Source: an uncultured Candidatus Saccharibacteria bacterium
GTDB lineage: Bacteria > Patescibacteriota > WWE3 > UBA101185 > UBA10185
Assembly (NCBI GenBank): GCA_964434935.1
Contig: CAYSWS010000002.1
Span: forward strand, 8,320 to 72,319
Direction: 5' to 3'
DNA: 64,000 nucleotides
Part shown: piece after piece, positions 55,437 to 64,000 of the stretch
Layout of the letters: every line of letters starts with the position of its first letter
Numbering within the stretch: the stretch's first letter is position 1
Position numbers and translations under genes: made by a program
Notes under the pieces: model-generated
Told to the model about the DNA's origin: nothing
Database searches by the model: none
What the model saw: the letters and a program-made list of their open reading frames with translations, nothing else

Positions 55437-56703
55437 ACAGACAACCTCATTTAAAATAGCTACCAACACGGTTTACCAATTCATCGGCAAAGCCGGCACC
55501 ATGTCCATTACTATATTAGCTACCATTCTTATCACCAGGCTTTATGGCAGAGAGGCCTATGGGCAATTCAGCCTCATGCAAGGATGGCCGGCACTCATGT
55601 TCATTATTGTGGACTTTGGTTTTAACGCCATTGCCACCAGGGAATTGAGTAAAGACTTTAGCCGCGTAGCAAAGATCCTAGGCAGTATTCTGGTCATCAG
55701 GATCCTGGTTTCCCTGTTTTTTATAGTTCTCCTGGCTGTACTGTTGACATTTTTTCCCTATTCTGCGACTCTAAAGTTTGGCATTCGCTTGAGCTTGTTC
55801 CTCATCCTCACGCAGTCCCTTTTCACCACAGCTAACGTGGTTTTTCAAACCAAACTCAGATATGACCTTTCCACTTACTCCCTGTTTGCAGGATATCTGG
55901 TAGTCCTAGCCGCAGTAGCGATCTTTTCTTATCTACGCATAAGTGTGATATGGATAAGTTTTAGCTATGTGATAGGGGGGTTTGTGACCTTTTTAACTTC
56001 TCTGTATTTTCTTAACCGTATTGGTGTGCCCATAAAATTAACCTATGATCGAGCCACGGCCAAATACTTGTTCTGGCAAACACTACCTTTAGGCATCATG
56101 TTCATTTTTAGCCAGATCAATTTCAAGGATGATGAGATACTGCTCTCAATTTTAAGACTGCCACAAAAATATAACTTGACCAACACCGAATCAGTAGCTG
56201 TTTACGCCCTACCTTATAAAGTATTCGAAGTCGCTTTAGTGGTACCGACCTTTTTCATGAATGCCGTCTATCCGGTCATGGTGCGCCACATGACGGAGAG
56301 TTCGCACAAGCTGAAAAAGACCTTTTTGTCTTCTATGAAAGTACTGATATTTGCCGGTATACTGTCAGGTTTGATGGGCATAACGCTTTCCAAGCCGGCT
56401 ATTGACCTTCTGGGAGGTTCAGAATTTATGCAGTCGGTTATAGTGCTGAAGATACTTTTAGGAGGTTTGATCTTTTATTATTTAACGCAACCTTTGTCCT
56501 GGCTGATCGTGACCCTAGGAAAACAAGTTTACCTGCCTTACATTTACTTATCTGCCGCTATTTTTAACTTTATAGCCAACCTTGTCTTTATCCCCAGATA
56601 TTCTTTTTACGCGGCGGCTATAATTACTCATTCATCCGAAGTCTTGATCCTCATTCTTTTAATTGCCGCTGCCAGGAAGGCTTGGAAATTAAATTATGCT
56701 TAA
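55429..56703 (+). CDS. Polysaccharide biosynthesis protein / oligosaccharide flippase (Wzx, MOP superfamily)
   Basis: Twelve or more TM helices. The N-terminal IATNTVYQFIGKAGTMSITILATILITRLYGREAYGQFS is typical of Polysacc_synt (Wzx) proteins. Confidence 0.75.
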   Translation: MNKQTTSFKIATNTVYQFIGKAGTMSITILATILITRLYGREAYGQFSLMQGWPALMFIIVDFGFNAIATRELSKDFSRVAKILGSILVIRILVSLFFIVLLAVLLTFFPYSATLKFGIRLSLFLILTQSLFTTANVVFQTKLRYDLSTYSLFAGYLVVLAAVAIFSYLRISVIWISFSYVIGGFVTFLTSLYFLNRIGVPIKLTYDRATAKYLFWQTLPLGIMFIFSQINFKDDEILLSILRLPQKYNLTNTESVAVYALPYKVFEVALVVPTFFMNAVYPVMVRHMTESSHKLKKTFLSSMKVLIFAGILSGLMGITLSKPAIDLLGGSEFMQSVIVLKILLGGLIFYYLTQPLSWLIVTLGKQVYLPYIYLSAAIFNFIANLVFIPRYSFYAAAIITHSSEVLILILLIAAARKAWKLNYA

Positions 56704-57886
56704 ATTGGGGTTTTACGGCAGTGTATTTGCCCTCTTATTAGGCCAACTAGCCTTGATAGGCACCTTGGGTGAGACAAAAATTTATCTTTTCGATCTTGTA
56801 ATGGCGGCTCTTGCCATATTGGGGACATTACAGCTCTTGTTAAAGTCAGGGCAGCTCAAGATATCACTGTTTTTGGCCCCGTTTTATATTTTTTGTCTAT
56901 TGGCTGGAGTGTCTTTGGTTTTTAACGCAGCTAGTTTGGATGGCAGAGATATGTTGGAGGCTGTTTCTTATTTAGCCAGGTTCATTATTTATGTTTCGGC
57001 CGCCAATGTGGTTTATAACATGCTTTGCCTTGGCATCATCGACATTTCCCGTATCGGTAAAACTTATGTTCTTTCGGCCTTGGCGTTGTCTGTGGCCGGT
57101 TTTATACAACTAAAAGTTCTACCCGATTTTTCAGTGCTGGATCAGGCGCTGGGATGGGACCCGCATAAGTTTAGGTTGGCCTCAACATTTTTCGATCCAA
57201 ATTATGTAGGTGGATTTTTGGTCCTGACGCTGACATTTCTCTTATTTAAAGACGATCTCTTTACAGGCAAAAATGCTCTGAAGAAAAAACAATTCTTTGT
57301 CTTAATTTCCATTACTTTACTGGCCGTATTCTTGACCTACTCACGAAGCGCCTGGGGCATGCTGGGCGTAATGCTCTTTATTTATGGCCTGGCCAGATCG
57401 CCCAAGATCATATTTTTGTCTCTGATCTTAGCTTTTTTCACTTATTTTGCTGTGCCCAGGATACAAACCCGTTTGGCCGGCATCACCGATCCGGCCGATT
57501 CGGCCCAATTCAGACTCATATCCTGGAAAAACACCTTAAATATTGCCAAGGATAATCTATTTTTAGGTGTAGGTTTTAATAATTTTAAGAACTCCCAAGT
57601 GGCGTACGGTTATTTGACACCGGATACTATAAAAGACCATAGCGCCGCCGGCTCGGATTCCAGTTTACTACTGGTGCTGGCCACAACAGGTATTATGGGT
57701 TTTCTTGTCTTTACCGCGGGCATGCTTATGCCTATTGTAAAAACAAAAAGTCTCTACAGTTTGGTAGCGATCGTGCCCCTGCTGCTGGAATCAAATTTTG
57801 TGAATTCACTGTTCTATCCCCAGATCATGTTTTTATGGCTTGTTATGTTCGCTCTGATGGAATATGGTAAAAAGGCTTTAAGTTAA
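56696..57886 (+). CDS. O-antigen ligase / Wzy_C family membrane protein
   Basis: Multi-TM protein with the Wzy_C hallmark loop LTYSRSAWGMLGVMLF. It overlaps the flippase stop by 8 nt. Confidence 0.7.
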   Translation: MLKLGFYGSVFALLLGQLALIGTLGETKIYLFDLVMAALAILGTLQLLLKSGQLKISLFLAPFYIFCLLAGVSLVFNAASLDGRDMLEAVSYLARFIIYVSAANVVYNMLCLGIIDISRIGKTYVLSALALSVAGFIQLKVLPDFSVLDQALGWDPHKFRLASTFFDPNYVGGFLVLTLTFLLFKDDLFTGKNALKKKQFFVLISITLLAVFLTYSRSAWGMLGVMLFIYGLARSPKIIFLSLILAFFTYFAVPRIQTRLAGITDPADSAQFRLISWKNTLNIAKDNLFLGVGFNNFKNSQVAYGYLTPDTIKDHSAAGSDSSLLLVLATTGIMGFLVFTAGMLMPIVKTKSLYSLVAIVPLLLESNFVNSLFYPQIMFLWLVMFALMEYGKKALS

Positions 57887-57889
57887 GGC

Positions 57890-58633
57890 TTATTCGGACT
57901 CTTTTTGATATTTAATGTTAAAAGCCTCGATTTTGGAGTTTCCGGCCTCGTCAACCGCCTCGACGGTTATTTTGACATCCCCTTCGACCACTCCCAGTAA
58001 ATATTCAAAAGTGAGATCCGGCTTTTGCACCACCAGTTTTTTATTTATAGTGATCTTCGCCTTTTCGCTGACCTTGCCCCTGATGAGAACACGTTCATTA
58101 AGGTTTTTTATGGTATCACCGGGTTTAGGACTTTCAATGTCTATGTCCGGCTTGCTATTGTCGACCATGATGATCTGGGTTTCTGACTTTTCGCTCTCGT
58201 GGCCTTTTTCATCGACTGATTTAGCAAAAACAGTATTCCTGGATTCTATAAGAAAGATGTTTTCGAACATGAATTTGCCTTCGGCATCAGCTATAACCTC
58301 ACCTTTTTCCGGTCCGTTCACGAATATCTTCACGGTCGAACCCGGCGCGGCATAGCCCTCAATATTAATTGTGTCTTGATTGGTAGCTTTAGGCAGATCG
58401 GCAAACGAAGGAGGGTTTACGGTAACGTCGGCTATGGTGTCCTCATCATTTTTGTGTATGGAGACAAAGCCCAGTAGAGCCCCAATTTCAGGTCCAAAGA
58501 AATTCAATATGAGGAGCCCGCCAAGGAGAAAACCAAAAATGCCCAATAAGCTCATCCTTAGTCTTTTAGACAACTGCTCCTGGTCATATTTTTGTGTCGG
58601 TTTGCGCCTGCGGCTAGTGTACGATGTGGTCAT
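57890..58633 (-). CDS. Membrane-anchored Ig-like (Big-type) domain protein
   Basis: Basic N-terminus and TM helix, then beta-rich repeats (GSTVKIFVNG...ADAEGKF; GDTIKNLNERVLIRGKV...TVEAVDEAGNS) resembling bacterial Ig-like domains. Confidence 0.5.
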   Translation of the reverse strand: MTTSYTSRRRKPTQKYDQEQLSKRLRMSLLGIFGFLLGGLLILNFFGPEIGALLGFVSIHKNDEDTIADVTVNPPSFADLPKATNQDTINIEGYAAPGSTVKIFVNGPEKGEVIADAEGKFMFENIFLIESRNTVFAKSVDEKGHESEKSETQIIMVDNSKPDIDIESPKPGDTIKNLNERVLIRGKVSEKAKITINKKLVVQKPDLTFEYLLGVVEGDVKITVEAVDEAGNSKIEAFNIKYQKESE

Positions 58634-58651
58634 AAAAAAATTCTAACAAAT

Positions 58652-59560
58652 TTACCTCACGGTAGCTTTTAGAAACTTGTTAAACTCCTTTTTAATATCT
58701 TTTCTTTGCTGAGCGTATTTCACGGTGGCTTTCAAGTAGTTCAGGGGATCTCCCGTGGTCAGCCACTCACCTTCGATAGGCAGAGCTATAACGGTTCTAC
58801 CTTGATTTGCCAGATTAGAGATGGCGTCAGTAAGCCACAGTTCGTTGCCTTTGCCCTTTTTTGTCTTGCTCAAAGCATCAACTACCTCATAGGAAAGTAC
58901 GAACCTGCCAAACTGAGCCATGCGCGAAGGTGCCTCCTTTATGGTGGGTTTTTCTATGATGTCTTCAACGGCGTATGGTATCTTCGAATACTTTTTATAT
59001 TTGAAAATGCCGTATTTGACCACTTCTTTCCTGGGCACTTCTTGCGCAGCTATAACGGCGGTAGGCTTGTACTTGTAAAAAGTGTTGATAAGCTGTTTGA
59101 CCACAGGCTTTTTGGATAACGTAAGATCATCACCGAACATGTAGACCACGGCCTCGTCATCATCTATAAGACTTTTGGCTGCCAAGAGGGGAGAGCCGTT
59201 GCCGTAGGGAAGGTGTTTTTGCCTCACGTAGATGAAGTTGGCCATATCAGGAATATTCCGTACCATTTCCAGTTGTTTGGTTTTTCCGGATTCTTTTAAG
59301 GAGTTTTCGATCTCATAATGACTGTCAAAATAGTCTTCCATGATGTGGTGGCCGGCCCTGGTGACGAGAATGATGTCTTTTATGCCTGAGTTGACTGCTT
59401 CTTCGACCAAATAATGAATGATGGGTTTATCAATGATGGGTAGCATTTCTTTAGGCTGGTTCTTAGTGGCAGGCAAAAATCTGGTGCCGTAGCCAGCGGC
59501 GGCTATAACGGCTTTGGTGATAGGTCTGTCCTTTTTCATAGTAATATCTATTATACCCAA
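58652..59560 (-). CDS. galU: UTP--glucose-1-phosphate uridylyltransferase
   Basis: KAVIAAAGYGTRFLPATKNQPKEMLPIIDKPIIHYLVEEAVNSGI nucleotidyltransferase signature and a VEKP motif region. 302 aa. Confidence 0.88.
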   Translation of the reverse strand: MGIIDITMKKDRPITKAVIAAAGYGTRFLPATKNQPKEMLPIIDKPIIHYLVEEAVNSGIKDIILVTRAGHHIMEDYFDSHYEIENSLKESGKTKQLEMVRNIPDMANFIYVRQKHLPYGNGSPLLAAKSLIDDDEAVVYMFGDDLTLSKKPVVKQLINTFYKYKPTAVIAAQEVPRKEVVKYGIFKYKKYSKIPYAVEDIIEKPTIKEAPSRMAQFGRFVLSYEVVDALSKTKKGKGNELWLTDAISNLANQGRTVIALPIEGEWLTTGDPLNYLKATVKYAQQRKDIKKEFNKFLKATVR

Positions 59561-59638
59561 TTGTAGTCACAAAAAAAGAAGACGCCACGTCTAGTTTATA
59601 ACTAAAAATGGCGTCCGGAATGTTTAAAAAACCAGATT

Positions 59639-60076
59639 CTAAGACAAGATGGCTCTTAGCAAGTATAAAACTGCTAGTGCAGCAGCTATAAAACCAATAA
59701 GAAGAAACCTTTTACCGTGCGCACTAGTTTCGTAGCATTTTTCTCTGTTTTCTTCAGCCTGCTGTCTCAACAAAGATCCCTGGTTTTTTAGCTCTAGAGC
59801 TTCTAGTCTTATTGCATCTGCCTCTGCTTTAAGACTTTCAGCCTCATCAATATCTCCTAGAATAGAAAGTTGAGTTGAAGTTAAGTACGCTTGTGATGAT
59901 TGATGCGCTTTTCTTGTTGATGTGGTGAAATAATTTGTCGACTGGTTATCGATGGAAGCTGATTCTAGGAAGCAGCTTGCAGCAATATTGAACTGTGTGA
60001 TTCCAATTAACAACAGCGTATTAGCTACAAGGAATAAGGATGTGTTTGAGAATCCAAATTTTACCCTTTTAGACAT
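59639..60076 (-). CDS. Hypothetical membrane protein (two terminal TM helices flanking a coiled-coil segment)
   Basis: TM1 is LFLVANTLLLIGI, the coiled-coil segment is EAESLKAEADAIRLEALELKNQ, and TM2 is LLIGFIAAALAVLYLL. No family recognised. Confidence 0.45.
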   Translation of the reverse strand: MSKRVKFGFSNTSLFLVANTLLLIGITQFNIAASCFLESASIDNQSTNYFTTSTRKAHQSSQAYLTSTQLSILGDIDEAESLKAEADAIRLEALELKNQGSLLRQQAEENREKCYETSAHGKRFLLIGFIAAALAVLYLLRAILS

Positions 60077-60167
60077 CTTATCTCCTCTTTTCTATTGTAA
60101 AGGACAGTTTTCATTATTATACCAATAAGGCTATATGTAGTCAACCTATAGTACGTTTAAAGTGGAG

Positions 60168-60242
60168 TGGAGCCAGCGGTCGGAGTCGAACCGACGACCC
60201 ATCCCTTACGAAGGGATTGCTCTACCTCTGAGCTACGCTGGC
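60168..60242 (-). tRNA. tRNA-Thr (anticodon CGT)
   Basis: Reverse complement is GCCAGCG-TA-GCTCAGAGGTAGAGC-A-ATCCC-TTCGTAA-GGGAT-GGGTC-GTCGG-TTCGACT-CCGAC-CGCTGGC-TCCA. Confidence 0.9.
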
Positions 60243-60254
60243 AAGCCAAAAAGT

Positions 60255-60329
60255 TGGAGCGGGTGATGGGATTCGAACCCACGATCTTCTCCTTGGGAAG
60301 GAGACGCTTTACCACTAAGCCACACCCGC
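60255..60329 (-). tRNA. tRNA-Gly (anticodon CCC)
   Basis: Reverse complement is GCGGGTG-TG-GCTTAGTGGTAAAGC-G-TCTCC-TTCCCAA-GGAGA-...-TTCGAAT-...-CACCCGC-TCCA. It lies 12 nt from tRNA-Thr. Confidence 0.9.
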
Positions 60330-60351
60330 AAAGGTTGGGCTAGCATATTAT

Positions 60352-60388
60352 AAACCAAAAACTCCCACTCATTTAGTGGGAGCTTTTA
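60352..60388. terminator. Bidirectional intrinsic terminator (8-bp stem CTCCCACT/AGTGGGAG, A-run upstream and T-run downstream)
   Basis: The sequence AAAAACTCCCACTCATTTAGTGGGAGCTTTT lies between the LysM gene (minus) and the tRNA pair. Confidence 0.7.
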
Positions 60389-60413
60389 ATATTCAAATTG
60401 TAGTTAAAAAAGT

Positions 60414-60941
60414 TCAAGGCAAGACTAATGTTTGTCCCGGAACGATCAGTGCTTGCGAACCATTTGGCAAATAGCCTATGTCAGAGCTATTAGCCTGAAG
60501 TATCTTTGTCCACTCTGCCCCATTTCCATATTTTGCCTCTGCAATTTCCCATAATGTATCACCTGATTTAACCGTATAAGAACTGCCGGTTATGTCTCCT
60601 TGCTGGTAATCGGTAGCCACCCACTGTGAAAAAACTGAAGTTTTAGTATCTGTCGAAGAATCGTCTATTTGCATGTCTATTGGACCTCCTGTTCCGGCCA
60701 TATCTGTGTCTTCTCCTTTATCTCCGGAAAACAATTCTCTTAGACGATCTCCTAGTGATGTGCTTTCATTCTCATCTGTTGTTTGGGTTGAGCCGCCTTT
60801 TACATCTTTATCCGAAACACTGCTGCGGTTAAAGTAGGAATAAGTTGCGAAAACTAATGCTAAAACAAACAAACCACCAATGATCAATGCCAAACCGTCG
60901 TTGCTGCCTGCGTCTTTTTTTGTTGCTTTTGCTTCTGCCAT
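60414..60941 (-). CDS. LysM domain-containing membrane-anchored protein
   Basis: Start set at the Met with a strong SD (AAGGAGGTGTATA-ATG). The N-terminal TM helix is followed by a disordered S/T/D-rich linker and a C-terminal LysM (YTVKSGDTLWEIAEAKYGNGAEWTKILQAN...VPGQTL). Confidence 0.8.
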   Translation of the reverse strand: MAEAKATKKDAGSNDGLALIIGGLFVLALVFATYSYFNRSSVSDKDVKGGSTQTTDENESTSLGDRLRELFSGDKGEDTDMAGTGGPIDMQIDDSSTDTKTSVFSQWVATDYQQGDITGSSYTVKSGDTLWEIAEAKYGNGAEWTKILQANSSDIGYLPNGSQALIVPGQTLVLP

Positions 60942-61067
60942 ATACACCTCCTTTTCTATTTTAACAGGGTGCTAACCCATAAACAAATACTCTATAGAAG
61001 GGCAGAATGAAAGGATTTCAAACGAACATGGGCAGTGTACTAATTTCTATTATACACATAACTATGC

Positions 61068-61144
61068 TGGCGGGATAGACGGGACTCGAACCCGCGACCT
61101 TCCGCGTGACAGGCGGACGCTCTAACCGACTGAGCTACTACCCC
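61068..61144 (-). tRNA. tRNA-Asp (anticodon GTC)
   Basis: Reverse complement is GGGGTAG-TA-GCTCAGTCGGTTAGAGC-G-TCCGC-CTGTCAC-GCGGA-AGGTC-GCGGG-TTCGAGT-CCCGT-CTATCCC-GCCA. Confidence 0.9.
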
Positions 61145-61246
61145 AAGAAAGACCAGAATATAGTAACAAGATGATATGTTATCTGCAAATGAATGGCAAC
61201 CCGTGTTTGCTAATTATTCGTTAAAACATTTATACTAAACCTACAC

Positions 61247-61603
61247 ATGGAACATCACGAAAAAAGGATCCTGGAAAGAAGGATATTTGGAGGCACCAAC
61301 TTTATTGTTGTGTTATGGACGTTGATATCGATCTTCAGGTTGGTTAGGCACATGACCGTTGATCCGGTGGAAACCTTCAAGCAGCCAGAGTTCTACATCT
61401 TTATTCTACCTTTGATCTTTTTAACCGTGCTTAACATTATTATGGGCATAACATTATTTTTCCCTCAGGAAAGCAATAAAATGTGGATCATCTCCATTTT
61501 GATCGTAAGCGCTACCTTACTGGCTTTAAATACGCTGCAGCTCAAAATAGAGTCTTTGGATAGGGCTCAGATGGAGCAGCAGAACAGAACTCTGGGATTT
61601 TAA
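61247..61603 (+). CDS. Hypothetical small membrane protein (3 TM)
   Basis: Three hydrophobic helices; no recognisable family. Confidence 0.4.
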   Translation: MEHHEKRILERRIFGGTNFIVVLWTLISIFRLVRHMTVDPVETFKQPEFYIFILPLIFLTVLNIIMGITLFFPQESNKMWIISILIVSATLLALNTLQLKIESLDRAQMEQQNRTLGF

Positions 61604-61606
61604 CCT

Positions 61607-63370
61607 GTGACAAAAACTTACAAGATCAGCAACAAAGAAATAGTTTTAACTCTTAAAGAAGTTCTGGCGGCTATGGAAGTGAAGAACTTTAACTATTTCC
61701 GCATCAGGGCTTATCAAAATGTGATCCCTATTATCGAAGGGCTGACCACGAGTTTATACAACCTATGGGAGAACAACAGATTGGATGAGGTTCCGGGTAT
61801 TGGTGCCGGTATAAAGGGGCAACTTAACGAACTTTTTACCACGGGTAAAGTTATGGAGTTTGATGTCATCAGGAGGGATCTGCCGCAGGGTATGTTCGCC
61901 CTTATTGGTCTAAGAGGAATCGGGGCTAAAAAAGCCTATAAATTGGCTACAGCTTTTGATCTCGATGATAGGGAACATGTTTACGAAATAATCAAAACCG
62001 CGGCGGAAGAAGGAAAAATAAGAGAGTTGGATGGTTTTGGCGAAAAATCAGAACAGATGGTCTTAGAGTCTATTTCCGAGATCAAAAAGACCAAGCAGGA
62101 AAAACCCAGGCTGCTTTTGATACAGGCGGAGGAGATAGCTGCCCGTGTCATCTCTTATCTGACCAGGCATCCGGAAATTGAGGAAGCGGTGGCTCTGGGT
62201 TCGTTAAGAAGGAGAAGTCCTACCGTGGGAGATCTGGATATTGCCATAAAGACCAAGAACCCGGAAGCAGCACTCAGCCACTTTGCCAAGTTCAGGGAGA
62301 TCGAAGAAGTCTTGGTGGAAGGGGATAAGCGCGTTTCCGTAGTTTTGGCCAATGATATTCAAGTTGACATAAGGATCTGTGAGGAAAAATATTTTGGTTC
62401 CATGATGCAATATTTCACCGGCTCAAAAGCGCATAATATTGTACTCAGGACCTTTGCTTTGGAAAAGGGATGCTCTCTTTCGGAGTACGGTATAAAGAAG
62501 ATAGGCAAGCTCAATGAATTTTCCCGTGAAGACGATTTCTACAAATTTTTGGGCCTTCCACTCATTCCTCCGGAACTAAGACAAGGCAAGCATGAGGTTG
62601 AGCTGGCGGCCGGGAACAAACTACCGCGCTTGGTAGAGATCTCGCAAGTAAAAGGTGACCTGCATACTCACACTATAGCCTCGGACGGTATAAACACTTT
62701 ACAGGAAATGGTGGAGGCAGCGGTTGTACTGGGATATGAATATATTGGCATCTCCGACCACGCTCCCAGCGTGCAAAGCCGCGGGTATGAGGAAACGCAA
62801 GAGATCATCGAAGATACCAGAAAAAAAATAGATGAGCTGAATGCAGCCCAAGACAGGATAAAAGTCCTTTACGGCTATGAGGTCAACATCCTGGCCGATG
62901 CCGAGATCTCCTTACCCGATGAGCTTTTAAAAAGACTGGACTATGCCATAGGCAGCATCCATGGTGCCTTTAACCAGGATAGGGAAACTATCACAAAAAG
63001 ACTTATTGCCGCGGCAGAGAACCCTTATATCAATATCATCGGGCACCCTAGCGGCCGCCTTATCAATGAAAGAGAACCCTGCGACATCAATTGGAGGAAA
63101 TTATTCGCCGCCGTTAATGCCAACAATAAGATCATAGAAATAAACTCACAGCCCAATAGACTGGATCTGGCTGAGGATCTCATCCCCCAAGCAACAGACC
63201 GCGGCATCAAGCTTATATTGAGCACGGATTCTCATGCCGTGGAGCAGCTGAATTTGCTGAAATACGGCATAGATACCGCCCGCCGGGGCTGGTGTTTGCC
63301 GGAAAATATTGTTAACACCGGCAGTTATGATATGATGCTGAGAGCATTAGAGACAAGCTCTGAGAGATAG
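61607..63370 (+). CDS. polX: DNA polymerase X family protein with C-terminal PHP phosphoesterase domain (PolX)
   Basis: HhH/8-kDa domain at the N-terminus, Pol-beta nucleotidyltransferase motif GSLRRRSPTVGDLDIAI, and a PHP domain (DLHTHTIASDG...GISDHAP...GHPSGR). Confidence 0.85.
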   Translation: MTKTYKISNKEIVLTLKEVLAAMEVKNFNYFRIRAYQNVIPIIEGLTTSLYNLWENNRLDEVPGIGAGIKGQLNELFTTGKVMEFDVIRRDLPQGMFALIGLRGIGAKKAYKLATAFDLDDREHVYEIIKTAAEEGKIRELDGFGEKSEQMVLESISEIKKTKQEKPRLLLIQAEEIAARVISYLTRHPEIEEAVALGSLRRRSPTVGDLDIAIKTKNPEAALSHFAKFREIEEVLVEGDKRVSVVLANDIQVDIRICEEKYFGSMMQYFTGSKAHNIVLRTFALEKGCSLSEYGIKKIGKLNEFSREDDFYKFLGLPLIPPELRQGKHEVELAAGNKLPRLVEISQVKGDLHTHTIASDGINTLQEMVEAAVVLGYEYIGISDHAPSVQSRGYEETQEIIEDTRKKIDELNAAQDRIKVLYGYEVNILADAEISLPDELLKRLDYAIGSIHGAFNQDRETITKRLIAAAENPYINIIGHPSGRLINEREPCDINWRKLFAAVNANNKIIEINSQPNRLDLAEDLIPQATDRGIKLILSTDSHAVEQLNLLKYGIDTARRGWCLPENIVNTGSYDMMLRALETSSER

Positions 63371-63442
63371 AGGTTTCGTGGATGCAATTTTAACGGAAAA
63401 TAGGTAGAATCTAAATGTATTTAGTTTAGAAAGGTAGAATTT

Positions 63443-63997
63443 ATGGGATCATTTGCATTTTTAGTAATTATTTTGGTGGTAGCTGCCTTTTTTATCATAG
63501 GTGTCTACAATTCACTGCAAACTCTCAAGGTAAGAATAAAAGAGGCCTGGAGTCAGATAGACGTACAGCTTAAAAGAAGGGTTGACCTGATCCCTAATTT
63601 GGTCGAAACCGTAAAAGGCTATGCCAAGCATGAAAAAGAAGTGTTCGAAAATGTCACCAAGGCCAGATCAGCCCTCATGAATGCCAAGACAGCCAAAGAA
63701 GCCGGTGAAGCTGACAACATGCTCACAGGTGCCTTGAAAAGTCTATTTGCCGTAGCTGAAGCATACCCTGAATTAAAAGCTCAGGAAGGGTTTTTAAATT
63801 TGCAAAAAGAGTTGTCCGATACTGAAGACAAGGTGGCTTACTCCAGACAATTTTATAATAGCGTGGTTAGAGATTTTAACCAAAAACTGGTGGTTTTCCC
63901 TTCTAATTTGATCGCCGGAATATTTGGTTTTAAGGCTGAAGAATTCTTCGCCGCCCAAGAGGGTGAAAGAGAAGCTGTAAAAGTAGACTTTAAATAA
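63443..63997 (+). CDS. lemA: LemA family protein
   Basis: N-terminal TM helix then [58 protein letters not shown], the canonical LemA core. Confidence 0.88.
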   Translation: MGSFAFLVIILVVAAFFIIGVYNSLQTLKVRIKEAWSQIDVQLKRRVDLIPNLVETVKGYAKHEKEVFENVTKARSALMNAKTAKEAGEADNMLTGALKSLFAVAEAYPELKAQEGFLNLQKELSDTEDKVAYSRQFYNSVVRDFNQKLVVFPSNLIAGIFGFKAEEFFAAQEGEREAVKVDFK

Positions 63998-64000
63998 AAG

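Noticed and set aside
1-64000. Mobile elements, prophage, restriction-modification, toxin-antitoxin or other defence systems
   Set aside because: No transposase, integrase, phage structural, methyltransferase/endonuclease or TA-like genes were found. The only island-like feature is the tRNA-bounded glycan module, which carries no mobility genes.

Overview
The window is a gene-dense, mostly co-directional stretch of bacterial chromosome (about 65 genes in 64 kb). It uses the standard genetic code (UGA is a stop) and has roughly 40-45% GC by eye. Short intergenic gaps, frequent 4-30 nt gene overlaps, miniaturised repair proteins (RecO 192 aa, UvrC 441 aa), an AdoCbl-dependent class II RNR as the only RNR visible, and a split dcw cluster together suggest a reduced-genome, uncultivated lineage (CPR/Patescibacteria-like). 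That lineage assignment is an inference from gene content, not something I can prove from this window.

Gene content in order:
- 1-6.4 kb: a surface-polysaccharide locus with three GT4 glycosyltransferases, a priming sugar phosphotransferase and a large DUF4012-like membrane protein.
- 6.4-12.8 kb: recO, glyQS, then mraZ-rsmH-ftsL-ftsI-yraN.
- 12.8-15.1 kb: an LCP protein and a minimal two-component pair.
- 15.1-20.7 kb: phosphohexomutase, PEP synthase, enolase and a histidine-phosphatase-type mutase.
- 20.8-32.8 kb: dedA, lexA divergent from uvrB, PBP1A, uvrA, a transglutaminase-like protein and a short uvrC.
- 32.8-40.3 kb: secG-murA-ftsW-murG-ftsQ-ftsA-ftsZ.
- 40.5-45.8 kb: two tandem class II (B12-dependent) ribonucleotide reductase paralogs, one with an ATP-cone, followed by a 5-copy 19-bp tandem repeat and a PduO-type cob(I)alamin adenosyltransferase.
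- 46-52.8 kb: type-2 ileS, a second SEDS protein, a LytR_C-domain membrane protein with an overlapping RNHCP zinc-ribbon gene, rplU-rpmA and lepB.
- 52.9-60.1 kb: a tRNA-flanked island encoding GH18 and GH5-like hydrolases, a Wzx flippase, a Wzy/O-antigen-ligase-like protein, an Ig-like protein and galU.
- 60.1-64 kb: tRNA-Thr/Gly/Asp, a LysM protein, PolX and LemA.

No CRISPR array, IS element, prophage or recognisable defence system is visible. The most unusual items are the duplicated nrdJ-pduO module with its iteron-like repeat, a MurA lacking the catalytic-loop cysteine, and the compact lexA-uvrB-uvrA-uvrC neighbourhood with a shared non-palindromic upstream motif.
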